Source: Chiloscyllium plagiosum
Lineage: Eukaryota
Direction of reading: 5' to 3'
Length of the DNA: 64,000 nt
Assembly (NCBI RefSeq): GCF_004010195.1
Contig: NC_057751.1
Coordinates: forward strand, 19,149,462-19,213,461
Shown here: positions 1 through 12,500 of the stretch, piece after piece
Numbering within the stretch: the first letter of the stretch is position 1
Layout: every line of letters starts with the position of its first letter
Notes under the pieces: generated by a model
Told to the model about the DNA's origin: nothing
Seen by the model: only the letters and a program-made list of their open reading frames with translations
The model's database searches: none
Made by a program: the position numbers and the translations under genes

Positions 1-165
1 TTTACCCCCATCTCTGACCCGACTAAAACATTTAAACCCTGGGACCTGCAACAGCCAATCCTGTCCCTGTTCTACCCATGTCTCCGTAATAGCCACAACA
101 TCAAAGTCCCAGGTACCAACCCACGCTGCAAGTTCACCTACCTTATTTTGTATACTTCTTGCATT
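1..165 (-). mobile_element. CR1-clade LINE fragment, N-terminus of the AP-endonuclease
   Basis: - strand translates NARSIQNKVGELAAWVGTWDFDVVAITETW...VPGFKCFSR. Confidence 0.85.
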
Positions 166-352
166 GTGTTTTATTCTGCTCGTGAACTCTCTGTATTCCT
201 TCTAATAGTCCTTCTTGCAGTAGAACCAAGGTTTTGAACTATGTAAGTTGTTGACCTCCCCTTGTCCTCATGAGCCATCTCCTCCAAATCCACTCCAGCA
301 CAAAGCATTGCTGCTTTCCTGAGCTGATGAATTGAATGTGTTTGTTTTCCAG

Positions 353-504
353 GGTCAAGAGCCTCTCCCTGACGATGTTGTTCCATTTGATGCTACTTTG
401 GAAATCCCTGTGGAAGAGCAGCGTGCTGAAGCAATGATTCGTATTCAAGATGCACTCTTGGCTGGCAAAGCTGCAGAGGCTCTTGTGCTTCTCCGAGCTG
501 CACG
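353..504 (+). CDS. TIMELESS: TIMELESS exon ([51 protein letters not shown])
   Basis: ttttccag acceptor, gtaact donor, 152 nt, ends phase 2. Confidence 0.93.
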
Positions 505-3500
505 GTAACTGTGTGTTAAGAGCTTTGAAGTATTAACAAAATCCTGAATTTGAGGATGAGACATTTTTTGGCCAAATGGCAGATTATTGACGATTTGACT
601 ATGGAATTCCACAGTTTGAAATGTTTTTTCTATCGTTGCCTCTTCCTTTCCACAGACTTCTACTTTACTTGTCACATACATCATGAGCTTGTGTTTTATT
701 CTGCTCATGATTGATCCTGTCCATTGCCTCCCCTTTCTGGCTGCTTTTGACAGTACTAAAACAACAGCAATCATTGGTCAAGTAGGACACGCCAGGTTGC
801 CAAGTACCTACTTGCTTTGTACGAGTGGAATTCTTTTTGCTGGGTGTTAGTGGCAGGTTTCATAATAGAAGTGGAGAATAAGGCAGGCATGTTCCCCAAA
901 CCTGGAGCTTAAGATGCGAGGTTATGCACCTACCTCTGTGTTGTTTCTGGCCAGAAAACCTAATGGATATTGGTAAGGTTTAATTTGGAAAATGGCACCC
1001 ATAGCCTTTAAAAAGCTGTGAGGGTTCCGCTGAAGCCGAGGCAATATATGGCCGCATCATGCAAATGCGTGGGTAGAGCTAGGCTGAGGAACATCGCAGT
1101 CCATTAGAATCCTGCCTTCACAGGTTCACGTTTATTTTCAGCAGTGAGTAAACAAGTCAGTGCATGCTTCTGACAGCCATTCTGAGACTGAGCACAAAGG
1201 TCAGCTGAATTACAAAAGAACAACAAAAATGGCAGAACTCCATGGCCCCCAAGCCCTCTGCTGACACGACATAAGCATCTGATTGTGTTTGCTGTCAAAT
1301 GAAGGAGGCAAAACCTGACCTCCTTACTCCCTTTGTTTGGGTTCGTATTCTGTGAACGTAGGTACACACATAGGTCGTTTCAGCCCATCAAGTCTGCCTT
1401 ACAATTCTGTTCCTATATAATGAGGTAACTACAAGTTCAGTAACCTGGCCAGATCAGAGGACTGTTCAACTCAAGATTCCAAAGATTAGCCCAGCTGCAT
1501 TCCTCTCGTGGCATTGTTGCAATTTCTCGTGTGATAGATAATGTTCAAAAGTTTATTGGTTCAATGATTTCTGTTTAACTTGTTAATAAGTGAACAAATC
1601 CAGTAATTAAATAATTGGAGACTGCAATGCTCATTAAATGATTGCTACTGGTATTAAACTTGCATGGAACGTGGTCAGATATGGACATTACCCGACACTT
1701 TGGCTGATCAGTTTTGATTTGAACCTGTTCTTAACATACCTTGTTTAATGTGCTATAATGTGGACATGTGTTGAAATGCTGAGCCCACTTCAATGATTTT
1801 ATTATACCTGCATTGGTCCATAGACTTGTTGGTAATAGAAGGTAAAAAAAGGGAAATCTAATGTTTCTACCCACTTACATCTAATAATTGCACCCATTTA
1901 AAAATGGCCGCGAAGTATTTGTATTTCACTACAGATCATGAAAGTGCTATAATTACATGATTCTTTCCCACAAAATACTTCAGATCTTTTTGCTTCAATT
2001 ATTAACTTCCGTATTACTTTTGTATTCAGTCACTCTTATCCCTGTGATTCAGGACTCCAAATACATGGGGGTGGTGAGCGAATGTGTCCCCAAAAACCAC
2101 CAGAATGTCCAGGGAACTGCATGTGGTAGCAGTGGAGGAGATGCCGGGGGGGGGTGGCAGAGTCACCTTTTCCCAAAAGCTGTGCGTTTTGCTGGGGACC
2201 AGATCTTTTAGGATGGGCTATGCTTTTTTCAGGGGTCATTCAGGCTGTTTGCTGGTTTGGAGTTGGTGGGGTGGTGGTGGGTGAATGAAGAAGAAAGCTT
2301 TTTCTGTGTCAACACAAATATGGAAAGTATTGTTACTATGTGACTGCACCACCAAATAAGTGAGTTCATGAGAATGAAAAAGGTGACTCAAAAGTCAAAA
2401 AGCAGCACTTGAGAATATAATGCGTGTTTTGTAATTTTCACCTGTCAAACATTTAGCATCTTCTTGCTTGCTTTTTATTTTTGAGGTATTTGGTTAGGTT
2501 TCCATTTGTACCTCACTCTATTTACCTGAACGACCATTCCAGCCAAGAGAGTTGACCCAGAATCTGCTCTCATACTAAGAAAGCAACCGTCTTTTATCTA
2601 ACACCTTTAACATGTCTAAAATGTAAGGTGTTTCACAGCAGCATAAATCAGAAACGTCCTTACACCAAAGTATCAGGACAGCTGACAAAAGCTGAGCAAA
2701 AATATCTTGACTAGGATCTTAGAAGTGGATTTAGGGAGGAAATTCCAGAACTTGGGACTCAGCCAGCTGAAATCATGGCTGTCAGGTTGAAGTGATGGAA
2801 ATCAGGCGAGTTTTTAAAATTCATTTTCGTGGGACATGGGTGTCACTGGCTGGCCAGTGTTTATTGCCTGTCTCTAGCTGCCCTTGAGAAGGTGATGGTG
2901 AACTGGCTTCTTCAATTGCTTCAGTCCATCTGCTGTGGGTAGACCAACAATGCTATTAGGAGGAAGTTGCAGGATTTTGACCCAGCAACACTGAAGGAAT
3001 AATAATATATTTCCAAGTCAGGATGGTGAGGGGCATGGAGAGAAACTTGCAGGGTTTGGTGTCCCCATGTATCTGCTGCCCTTGACCTTCTAGATGGTAG
3101 TGGTCATGGGTTTGGAAGGTGCTGTCTGAGGATCTTTGGTGAATTTCTGTAGTGCATCTTGTAAATGGTACACACTGCTGCTACTGAGCGTCGGTGGGGG
3201 AAGGGAGTGGATGTTTGTGGATGTGGGGCCAATTAAATGGGGACTGTTTTGTCCTGGATGGTGTCAAGCTTCTTGAGTGTTGTTGGAGCTGCCCCCATCC
3301 AGGCAAGTGGGTGGTATTCCATCACACTCCTGACTTGTGCTTTGTAGATGGTGAACAGATGGGAGTCAGGAGGTGAGTTACTCACCGCAGTATTCCCAGC
3401 CTCTGACCTGCTCTTAAAGCCACTGTGTTTCTGTGGCGAGTCAAAGTTGAGTTTCTGGTCAATGATAATTCCCAGGCTGGAATTGGAGGAATGCAAACAT

Positions 3501-6500
3501 CTTGGAGGGTTGTATGTGCTAGAGGAGATTAATGATAGCGAGGCATAAGGGTATGGTGGTATTGAAACATTTTAAAAATTGTAAAATGTAGGCATTGGTC
3601 CAAGAACCAGTAAATGTCAATGAGCACGGGGATAACTACTGAAGAACGTGACTCTCTATAATGTTTCTTTTTTATTTTCCTTCTTTTTCTCTCTCTCTGT
3701 CATGCTTTCTGGGAGTTGCTGCAATTTTAAGTTGACAGTGGAACTGGATTTAACCTTGCCTCAACTCCTGCATCTAAAACATAGGAGTGGCTTTTATTGC
3801 AGTGTCATTTATGTGTTTTCCTAAGTAGAAAGTGCAGCCATAAAGCTGTAGTGGGGATTGTAGTATCAAGGAAATAATTATGTAATCTCGTTCACAGTGT
3901 CACTTGAGAATTGACTGCTGTGGAGATTTTTCTGGTGTTTTTCAGTTCACTGCATAAGGTGCCCAAATTAACTTTTTTTTTAATCTAAGATTATGGAAAG
4001 TGTCCATGATGTACTATATTTTCTGAACTAAAAAATGCCGTTTGCTTAATGGAGAGTTTGAACGTGTGTGTCTGTTGTTGTTGCGAACATTGTTGCAATA
4101 AGGGGAAGTGTGACACATTTTATATATTTCTCATTTTATTAAACAGTTTTTCTATTAGGACATTTCGAGAGGCACTAAAAGCATTATTTATATTGTCTTT
4201 CATCTTTTGCTGTATCCTGTACATATCAAATTTTGGCTGTTTAGAATAGAACCAATTGACTCCCATTATAAAATATGTCTGTCCTTTGCAAATTTTCCTT
4301 TTGTGAATTCTTCCAAGACTGCCACATCCACAAGTGGTATGACTATACTGTACATTGGATTAAAAATGCTTGAAAGAGATGGCAGAAAGGAGTGGAGTAG
4401 TGCAGTGGGTTAGCAGGCTGCTTTTTCACTCACTGGTTTGGCTGTCAATCCAGCTGGATGGCCATAAGTGTCATGGAAGATGAGTTTGTGTAGTCTGAAT
4501 CCAGTTCCAAACTGCCTCCATTTTTAATTAACTTGGTAATCTAGATGAAACAGAGTGAATGTTGAACTCATAAGGATTCTGTGCGTTGGTTATTAATCTA
4601 ATGGTTGACCCCACAGGGAAGTATGGCCTGAAGGTGACGTTTTTGGCTCTTCTGACCTGCAACTTGAGGAGGAGTCCGAGTTGCTGAAACAAATACTGTT
4701 TGCGAAGTTACCGAGTAAGTATTTTAGCAGCTGTCGCTTTGGTGTTAAGAATTTTGGAAATACTTTTGAAGCCTCATCCAATTTTTTTCTCTGCATCCCA
4801 CAGGGCAGCCCACTGTGGAGGCTGAAGAAATTGATGACTTCCACGCTGAAGAAATAGAAGAGGAGGAAACTGAATCAGTGAGGATTACAGAAAATGAATT
4901 TAATTTTCTGGATTACCTGAAGAGGTAATACATTTCAGAAATACTTGTTTTTTTTTCTTTAAACATTCATAGAATCCCTACAGTATGGAAGCAGGCCATT
5001 CAGCTCATCAAGTCCACACCGATCCTCTGAAGAGCATCACACCTAGACCCACTCCCCTATTGTTGTAACCCTGCATTTCCCATGACTAACTCACCTAGCC
5101 TGGACACTATAGGTATAATTTAGCATGGCCAATCCACCCTAAACTGTACATCTTTGGACTGTGGAAGGAAACCAGAGCACTCAGAGGAAACCCACACGGA
5201 CACGGGAATAATGTGCAAAATTCACACAATCGCCTTAGGGTGGAATTGGACCCAGATTCCTGGCGCTGTGAGGCAGCAGTGCTAACCACTGCACCATCCC
5301 TTATTCTTGTTCTATTATGGCTCTCCCTCTTTGTTCTCTCTGTCTCTCCCTCTCTCTCTCTCTCCCAGTCCTCTCCCCTCTCTGTCTGTCTGTCTCTCTC
5401 TCTCCTCTGTCTCTCTCTCTCTCTGCACCCTACCCTGTCCTTCCTCTCTCTCTCTCTCTCTCTGCACCCCACCCCGTCCTTCCTCTCTCTCTGCCCCCTC
5501 TCCAATACTACCCCCACCCTGCCCCTCTCTCTTTCTCACCATTGCATTATCTGTTGCTTTCAGGTTTGCTAATGTTGGTGTTGTGAAACCTTACATTCTC
5601 CTTCTGAAGGACTACCGGCAGAACAGTCCTCACACGAATCACTGCATTGTCAAGATGCTTTATCGTCTAGCATATACTTTGAAAATGGATACTCTTCTTT
5701 ATCAGCTGTCAGTATTCCACCTATTCAATCAAATTCTGGAAGATCCAGCATCTAGCTCGTACCAAGTAGGTTGAATTCTTGTAGTTGTACATTCTCAACA
5801 AATTGGCGATTTGCAAAAGGACTTGCAAGCCACTGAAATGTGACCCACATTCTGTGGGTCTGGAGTCCTGTAATAGACCAGACCGAATATGCTAGATTTC
5901 CTTCCCTGATGAAGGAGTTTTGAGATTTTAACAACGATCTGGTAAATTCATGGTTGCCATTACCGATTCTAGCCTTTTGTTAACTAATTAAATCAAAAAT
6001 TGAATGTAAATTTCCCAGCTGCTGTGGTGGGATTTGAACTTGTCTCCAGAATATTAGCTCAGGCCTCTGGATTAATAGTTCAGTGACCTTACCACTATGA
6101 TACCCACACCATAACTGGGAAGTGAGCAGGACTGACACCTTCCAGGGAGGACAAGGTTGTCTGCTAGTTACTTATGTGGTCTGAGAATCTGTCTGACTTT
6201 CTTGGCCATCACAGCTAGACAATATGCATCTGACAGTTAACTTCTGTTTCTTTTTACAATAGGAGCTGGTGAAGTTCTCCAAATACGTCTTGAACCGATT
6301 CTTTACTTTAGCTGCTGAGAACAGCAAAATATTTGTGGAGCTGCTGTTCTGGAAGAACATTGCAACCATTCGAGAAATGACTGAAGGTTACAGGAAGGAC
6401 GAGCAAAGGCAAGTGCAATTGAGCATGAGAATGTGGGAGGTCTGGTTCTTCTGTGTTGTGCTAAAACAATCAATGAATCTGATATTCCAGATGCGAAAGC

Positions 6501-9500
6501 TAGTCTTGCTGCCATTTTGATAGCTTTGGCAATCTTTACTTTTACACAAACTATCTCATCTGTACAAACCACATAGGACTTTGAAATGATCGATTGTTGC
6601 TCGGTTATTTGATTGCCAAAATGGATTTGGCCACTATGGTTTTGTGCTTGCTGACCAAGTTGTGTTTTTTTTCTGTTAAAGAAGTGGATGAGGCTGAGGT
6701 TAAAGAATAGTCCATTGGCACAAACACAAAGGTGCTTTGTTTTGCAGTTATGATAGTGAATGACTTTGAATTTTTACAGTGAAGCAAACAAAAAGGCTCC
6801 AACCTGGTCGTCAGAGGAAGAGGAGGAACTTGAAACACTGTATCTAAGATTCAAAGAGGAACAAGGAGGTATGTGTTGTGTTTCAGTCATTTTTGAATAT
6901 ATCCCATACCAAGCTCGCAACTCACTTTTCATCTCCCCAGTTGTTCTATTTAAATTCCACTGTAATCGATTTTTACAGCCCAGAAGATGGCGATTTGGAC
7001 CGTCACATCTGTGTCAGCTCTTTGAAAGATCTATCCGATTAGTCCCCGCTTCCCTGCTCTTTCCCTATGTCCTTGCAATATTCCCATCGGTGGAAGGATT
7101 GAGAACCAGAGGGCACAGATTCAGTGTAATTGACAAAAGAAGCAATGGAGACATGAGGAAAATCATGTTCACCACAGCGGTTGGCTAAAATGCACTGCCA
7201 AAGAGGTTCGATCAAGATTTTGGAAAGGAAATCGGATCACCTTTTGGCAATGGAAAATTTGCAGGGATATGGGGAATAAGGGTGGGAATGGCACTTGATG
7301 CTTTGCTCCTCCAGAAGGTCAGCACAGACACAACAGAATGGTTAGCCTTCTGTGCTGTAACTATTCTGTAATTTGAAGTGGGTTTTATGATCTCGATCTT
7401 TGTTGTGTAATGTTTAATTATTCCAGAGGTAATCTTGTATCCTGATGGTTGCATGCACACATTTGGAAAGCAAAACATAGCTATTCTGTTAGAAGAAAGT
7501 GAGGACTGCAGATGCTGGAGATCAGAGCTGAAAAATGTGTTGCTGGAAAAGCGCAGCAGGTCAGTCAGCATCAAAGGAGCAGGAGAATCGACATTTTGGG
7601 CATAAGCCCTTCTTCAGGATATTCTGTTGCATTGTTATCTTTCTTTTTACAGATAAAGATGTCATCGACAGTATCATGGAATGCATTAAAGATGATACAA
7701 GGACCAGGAGGCAGATTGCTGCCAAACTGGTTCAAATGAACCTGGTGGATAGTATAAGAGATTTAAAGCGTGTCAAGTAAGTGTTTGCAGTATTGTTTGC
7801 CTATTAAAGGACCACAGGAGAAAGTGAGGACTCCAGGTGCTGGAAATCAGAGTTGAAAAATGTGGTGCTGGAAAAGCACAGCAGGTCAGGCTGCATCTGA
7901 GGAGCAGGAAAATCGACATTTCAGGCACAAGCCCTTCATCAAGAATGTGGGGGGTTACAAGGGAGCTGAGAGATAAGTAGGAGGCTGGGGCTGGGGGGAA
8001 GGTAGCTGGGAAGACAATAGGTAGATGCAGGTGGGGGATGATACTGATAGGTCAGACGGGAGGGTGGAGTGGATAGGTGGGAAGGAAGATGGACAGGTAG
8101 GACAGTTCAAAAGGGTGGTGCCGAGTTGGAGGGTTGGACCTGGGATGAAGTGGGGGAGGGTGGGAAATTGGGAAACTGGTGAAGTCGATGTTGATATCGT
8201 GTGGTTGGTGGGTCCCAAGGCGGAAGATGAGGCGTTCTTCCTCCAGTCGTCGGGTGGCTTGGATTTGGCGGTGGAGGCGGCCCAGGACTTGCATGTTGTG
8301 GCAGAGTGGGAGGGGGAGGGCCACAGGCAGCAAAATCTTGGTAGTCAAGACTTTGAAAAGTGAAACCAGGCAGTAGAGTTCAGAAAACGATCACTAGCTG
8401 AAAACGTTTGGCTCACAAGGATGGTTATTTGTTTAGATTTGCTTCTTAATTTCTTCATCATTCCCTTCAGTATGAAGTTTGATTGTTTCACAGACACAGT
8501 TCACTGAGACTTCATGGTCATGAAATAATACATGTCTTTGTATCAATAATTATTCACATACAGGGTTACTTGTCCCCATGTGATGTCGCAGACTAAGGGA
8601 AGGTTCACCAAGCTATTGTTGATCATAGCATAAAAGCTCGTTTTAAAATAGGAAAGATGGAAGCAGGAGCACACACGTGCGCCCCACCCCGCCAGCTTAA
8701 ACTTTTAATCAGCTTCTTCTACCTGTCCCTCTGCGGTATTGTGAGCAAAGCATTCTGAGCCATACTGTGGGAAACATAGCCACCTTGTTTTGAAATTAGC
8801 TTGTAACATGTTGATTTTACTGCTTTAAGGAAAGGAACTAAGATTGTGCTTTGGAGAGAGGAACAGGAGATGGAGCTTGAGACATTGTTTGTGAAGTTCA
8901 GAGGATCAGATGGTAAGTTGTAACTAACTGGAATTTATTTGCTTCTGTTGTTTTTGAAAAAAAAACTCATCATAAGATAGCCTCTGACACAGAGCAAATT
9001 ATTAAGATTCTTCTATCACCACAAGCTATAACTTACTAACTCATTGTAAAACAGGGATCACATCTTCAGTCTGCCTGCCTGTTCTGAGTTAGTTCCTTGT
9101 TATCTTTACCATTTTAAAGCTCTTCAAAACAACATTCTTATTGTGAATGAAAACTCAATGAATTGTCTATAAACCTAAAACATTGTAATTTGAATGAAAG
9201 AGGCAAAATACAATTTGATGAAATTGATCTCTTTTATCTGAAGATATCCTTGGCAATATCATGAAAAACATAACCACCAAGCGATCCAGAGCCAGGATTG
9301 TTGATAAACTGATCAGCATGGGTCTCGTTTCTGACAGAAAAGAACTCTACAAGAAGCGAAGGAAATTAACAAAAGGAGCAAATCAGGTATTCTGTTTCTC
9401 AACACTCCCAGAGTCACTGTTGATTAAAAGTGTGTTGTGGTATTACAGTGGGAATTGGGCATGCTGGTCACATAAGAAACTTAGTGAAATAAAGTGTGAT

Positions 9501-12500
9501 CTGGTCATATGTTACCTGTAAGTGGAACCAATAATTGCAGCATGTGAACTGAGTGCGGTGGTGCGAGAATGAGGTGGAAAACTGCCAAAAACCTTGCTCT
9601 TCTGCTTCTGTGTTTACAAGCCCCACTTACTGAATAGGCTGATAAACACTGCTAAAAAGCATATGTTGTTGGACTGACTCTCTGTGTGAGGGGACTACCT
9701 TCACTCTGTCTTTTAGCTGTAATTGAGAGGATAATTTGAGAGGGTTGCTCTTTACATTTTTTGCTCATAACATTTTGTCATAATTTCAATTTGAATTTAC
9801 TGAATTGATCCTGAGAGCAAAGTTGACCGTTCAACCTGTCAATCCTGCTCTGCCATTCAGTTAGATCTTTGCTCAGTTCTACTTTACTTCCTTGGCTTTG
9901 TATCCTTGTTTAATTTAACTAACCAAATCTATTCACCTTAGTTTGGGGAAGTCCAGCTGCCAACAGCCTAAGCAGCTTTCTGTGACAATGTCCTGTAATA
10001 CCCAGTAATGAACATGCCCTTTGGAGTCTTGCAGGTTTTCAGTGAATGTTACAGAATTCTTTTGGTTCCTATGTTCTGCTAGTGTGGACGAATTGTCAGT
10101 GTCCGTACCTAAATTTGAAATGATTTCTGTTCCTTCTGTTGATGAAGGAAACTTGCTGCTCATGCTCTCACCAAAACTTTCAAGTTGAGTTACTCTGTTT
10201 TCAGTATGCACTTAAGTGTAAAATTGTTTTAAAAAGACTGACAAAGGGGGCACTGATCTATCTGAGTAAACATGAATTGTCTTAATTTTCTGTTTGCCCA
10301 GAAAATAATTTCTTTGAAAGACTCCCTGGTTATAAGAGGTTTAACTGTGATTTGTTATTTCAGGAGGAAGAGGAAGACTTCCTAAATGATGTGGGCTATG
10401 ATGCAGTTCAGGGGTTATCTGAGGTAGAGGATGAACTGGATGAAGGTGATAGCAGTGATGATGAGAGAGTGGAGCTGATGATTAAATCCAGATCAAGATA
10501 CACTGCAAAAGGAGATGGACAAAATATGGGTGTGGATGAGGCTGACCCAGCAATCCTGAATCTGTGCTCCAAACTTCAGCAACAAGGTGATTTTTAAAAT
10601 TGAAACTCTATATTTCATTCGGGTTTTTGCAAAGGTTTAAAAAATTTACTGTCTTCATGTTGGATGGTAATGTGGCTTTATTCCTTCATTTTATCTGCTA
10701 TATAAATCTCAAGGCAAAGCAAAAGAAAGAAATGAGTTACTGTGCTGTGCAGTGGATTTGCACACTGGCCTTTCAGCTGTAGGATCTGGGTTTGATTTCC
10801 AGTATTTGGGCAATCTTAGTCTCAGTGGGGTCTGGGTCAGTGGCACAAAATTGCATTAATTGGGACTGAAACGCAAATAGAATCTATAGCATTGATATCC
10901 TATGACTCAGTGCAAAATTCACAAAGAATCGGACCTCGTACAACTGAACACTGGGATGAGGATTTTCCCAGTGCTTGATTGTAGTATATCTATGCAGTCA
11001 TGGTACTTGCAGTAATAGGGTTTTAGTACTGTGCTGAAAATCCTGAAAATACATTTTGTATTTCTGAGTGATGTATCCTAGGCGATTAGTTTTATTAGAT
11101 CAGACAGTTGACTAATTGGAAGCTAGATAGTTTTTCTCCTTTAGATATGGTCTTTCCAAAAGATTATGTCTTGAAACCAAAGACCATCGGAGCTCTCTTG
11201 ATGAATTCAATGCAGTCTCTGTTGCTGCTGAGTTAGCTGATCACTGGAAAGCTGCTCCAATTATCGTTACAATCCTGAGGAAGCAGAGAAAGAAAGAAAC
11301 TCTTGCATTCCTAAAGAATCTTTCACAATTGCAAGATTAATCACACTATAGCCAACGAAGTACTTTTGAAGCATAGTCACTATTGTAATGTAGGAAACCC
11401 TGTCATTACCACTGAAAAATCCAGGCCCTATCTATTTTTGGAGGTGGAGGACAACTTAAATTGCAGTGACGTACTATTACCAGTCCTTATTCTTAACTCG
11501 TTCGTCCTCTCAAACTTGTTGCTGCACTTCTTTCTTCCCTTGTCCATTGAAACGGTGTAGAGACTTTTAAAATCTGAAACAAACGTATGCATAGGCTCCA
11601 GCAACATAATGGCACTTGAGCTACCTTAGACTACAAAGTTTCATTTCACTTTCTCAATCCAGGTCTGTCGGGCCCTCTTCTGTGGCTGCAGAACTGCCTT
11701 AACAGAACAGCAGACAAGCGAGAAGATGCTGGTCAGTACTTTCTTACAATTCCTGATCTAAAGACACTGCTTTATCCTGTTGATTCATGCACACTACACT
11801 GCTGATGTCCTGTTGGTCAAGTTAGAACCAATTTTAAGAATACTTGTGATGTATTTGCCATACGTATAGTGAACCAGCTGAGCTTCTGTGTGAATGTGGT
11901 GCTGGGTGAAGGGAAATTGTCCCTTTTTAGTTTAGCCTGCAGGTGTCTGACTGAGAGCACTGACTTCCCTTTCACATTTCACTGAAAAGGATCTTGCTTT
12001 ACCTGCAGAGTCTCCATATTTCAGTATTCTTTAAATCTGGTTTCCATGCAGGAACCTCGATTGCAGTCCCACTTGTCCCCTTATCTGAAGAAAATGAAGA
12101 TGCTATGGAGCATGAAGTGTTTCAGAAACTTCTGAAGAAAGTTGGAATTCGGCCTCCTGCTGATGAACAGGTAAACTAGGTGACATGTGATTGCTGACTA
12201 AGTAATAGTCTAAACAACAATTAGACTGAAAAGGGCTGTAGTCTTTCCTGTGGAAAGAGTTTTATTCCTATTCTTGCTACAGCAATGCAAGAATCTAATA
12301 GACAATGCTCAGACTGCCAGCACTGAGATTCAACAGTGTTTAGCACTGCAGCCCCAGTCAACCCACCTGGATTCTGTCAGACTGTGTTGGCCACTGCTAG
12401 CTATTCACTCTGGCTTGACATGTGTTTTTATGCATTGAACATTTGGCCATGTATATCCAATTGTTTTAAAATTTCTTTTCCTTCCTTATATTAGTTCACC

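Noticed and set aside
5107..5586. Long ORFs rich in RE, LS and SL
   Set aside because: Products of the (CT)n tract and a SINE; only 5564-5765 is real coding sequence.
10735..10810. tRNA-like A/B-box sequences (also near 4395-4460, 22370-22440, 42620-42680)
   Set aside because: No complete cloverleaf; they look like decayed SINE heads.
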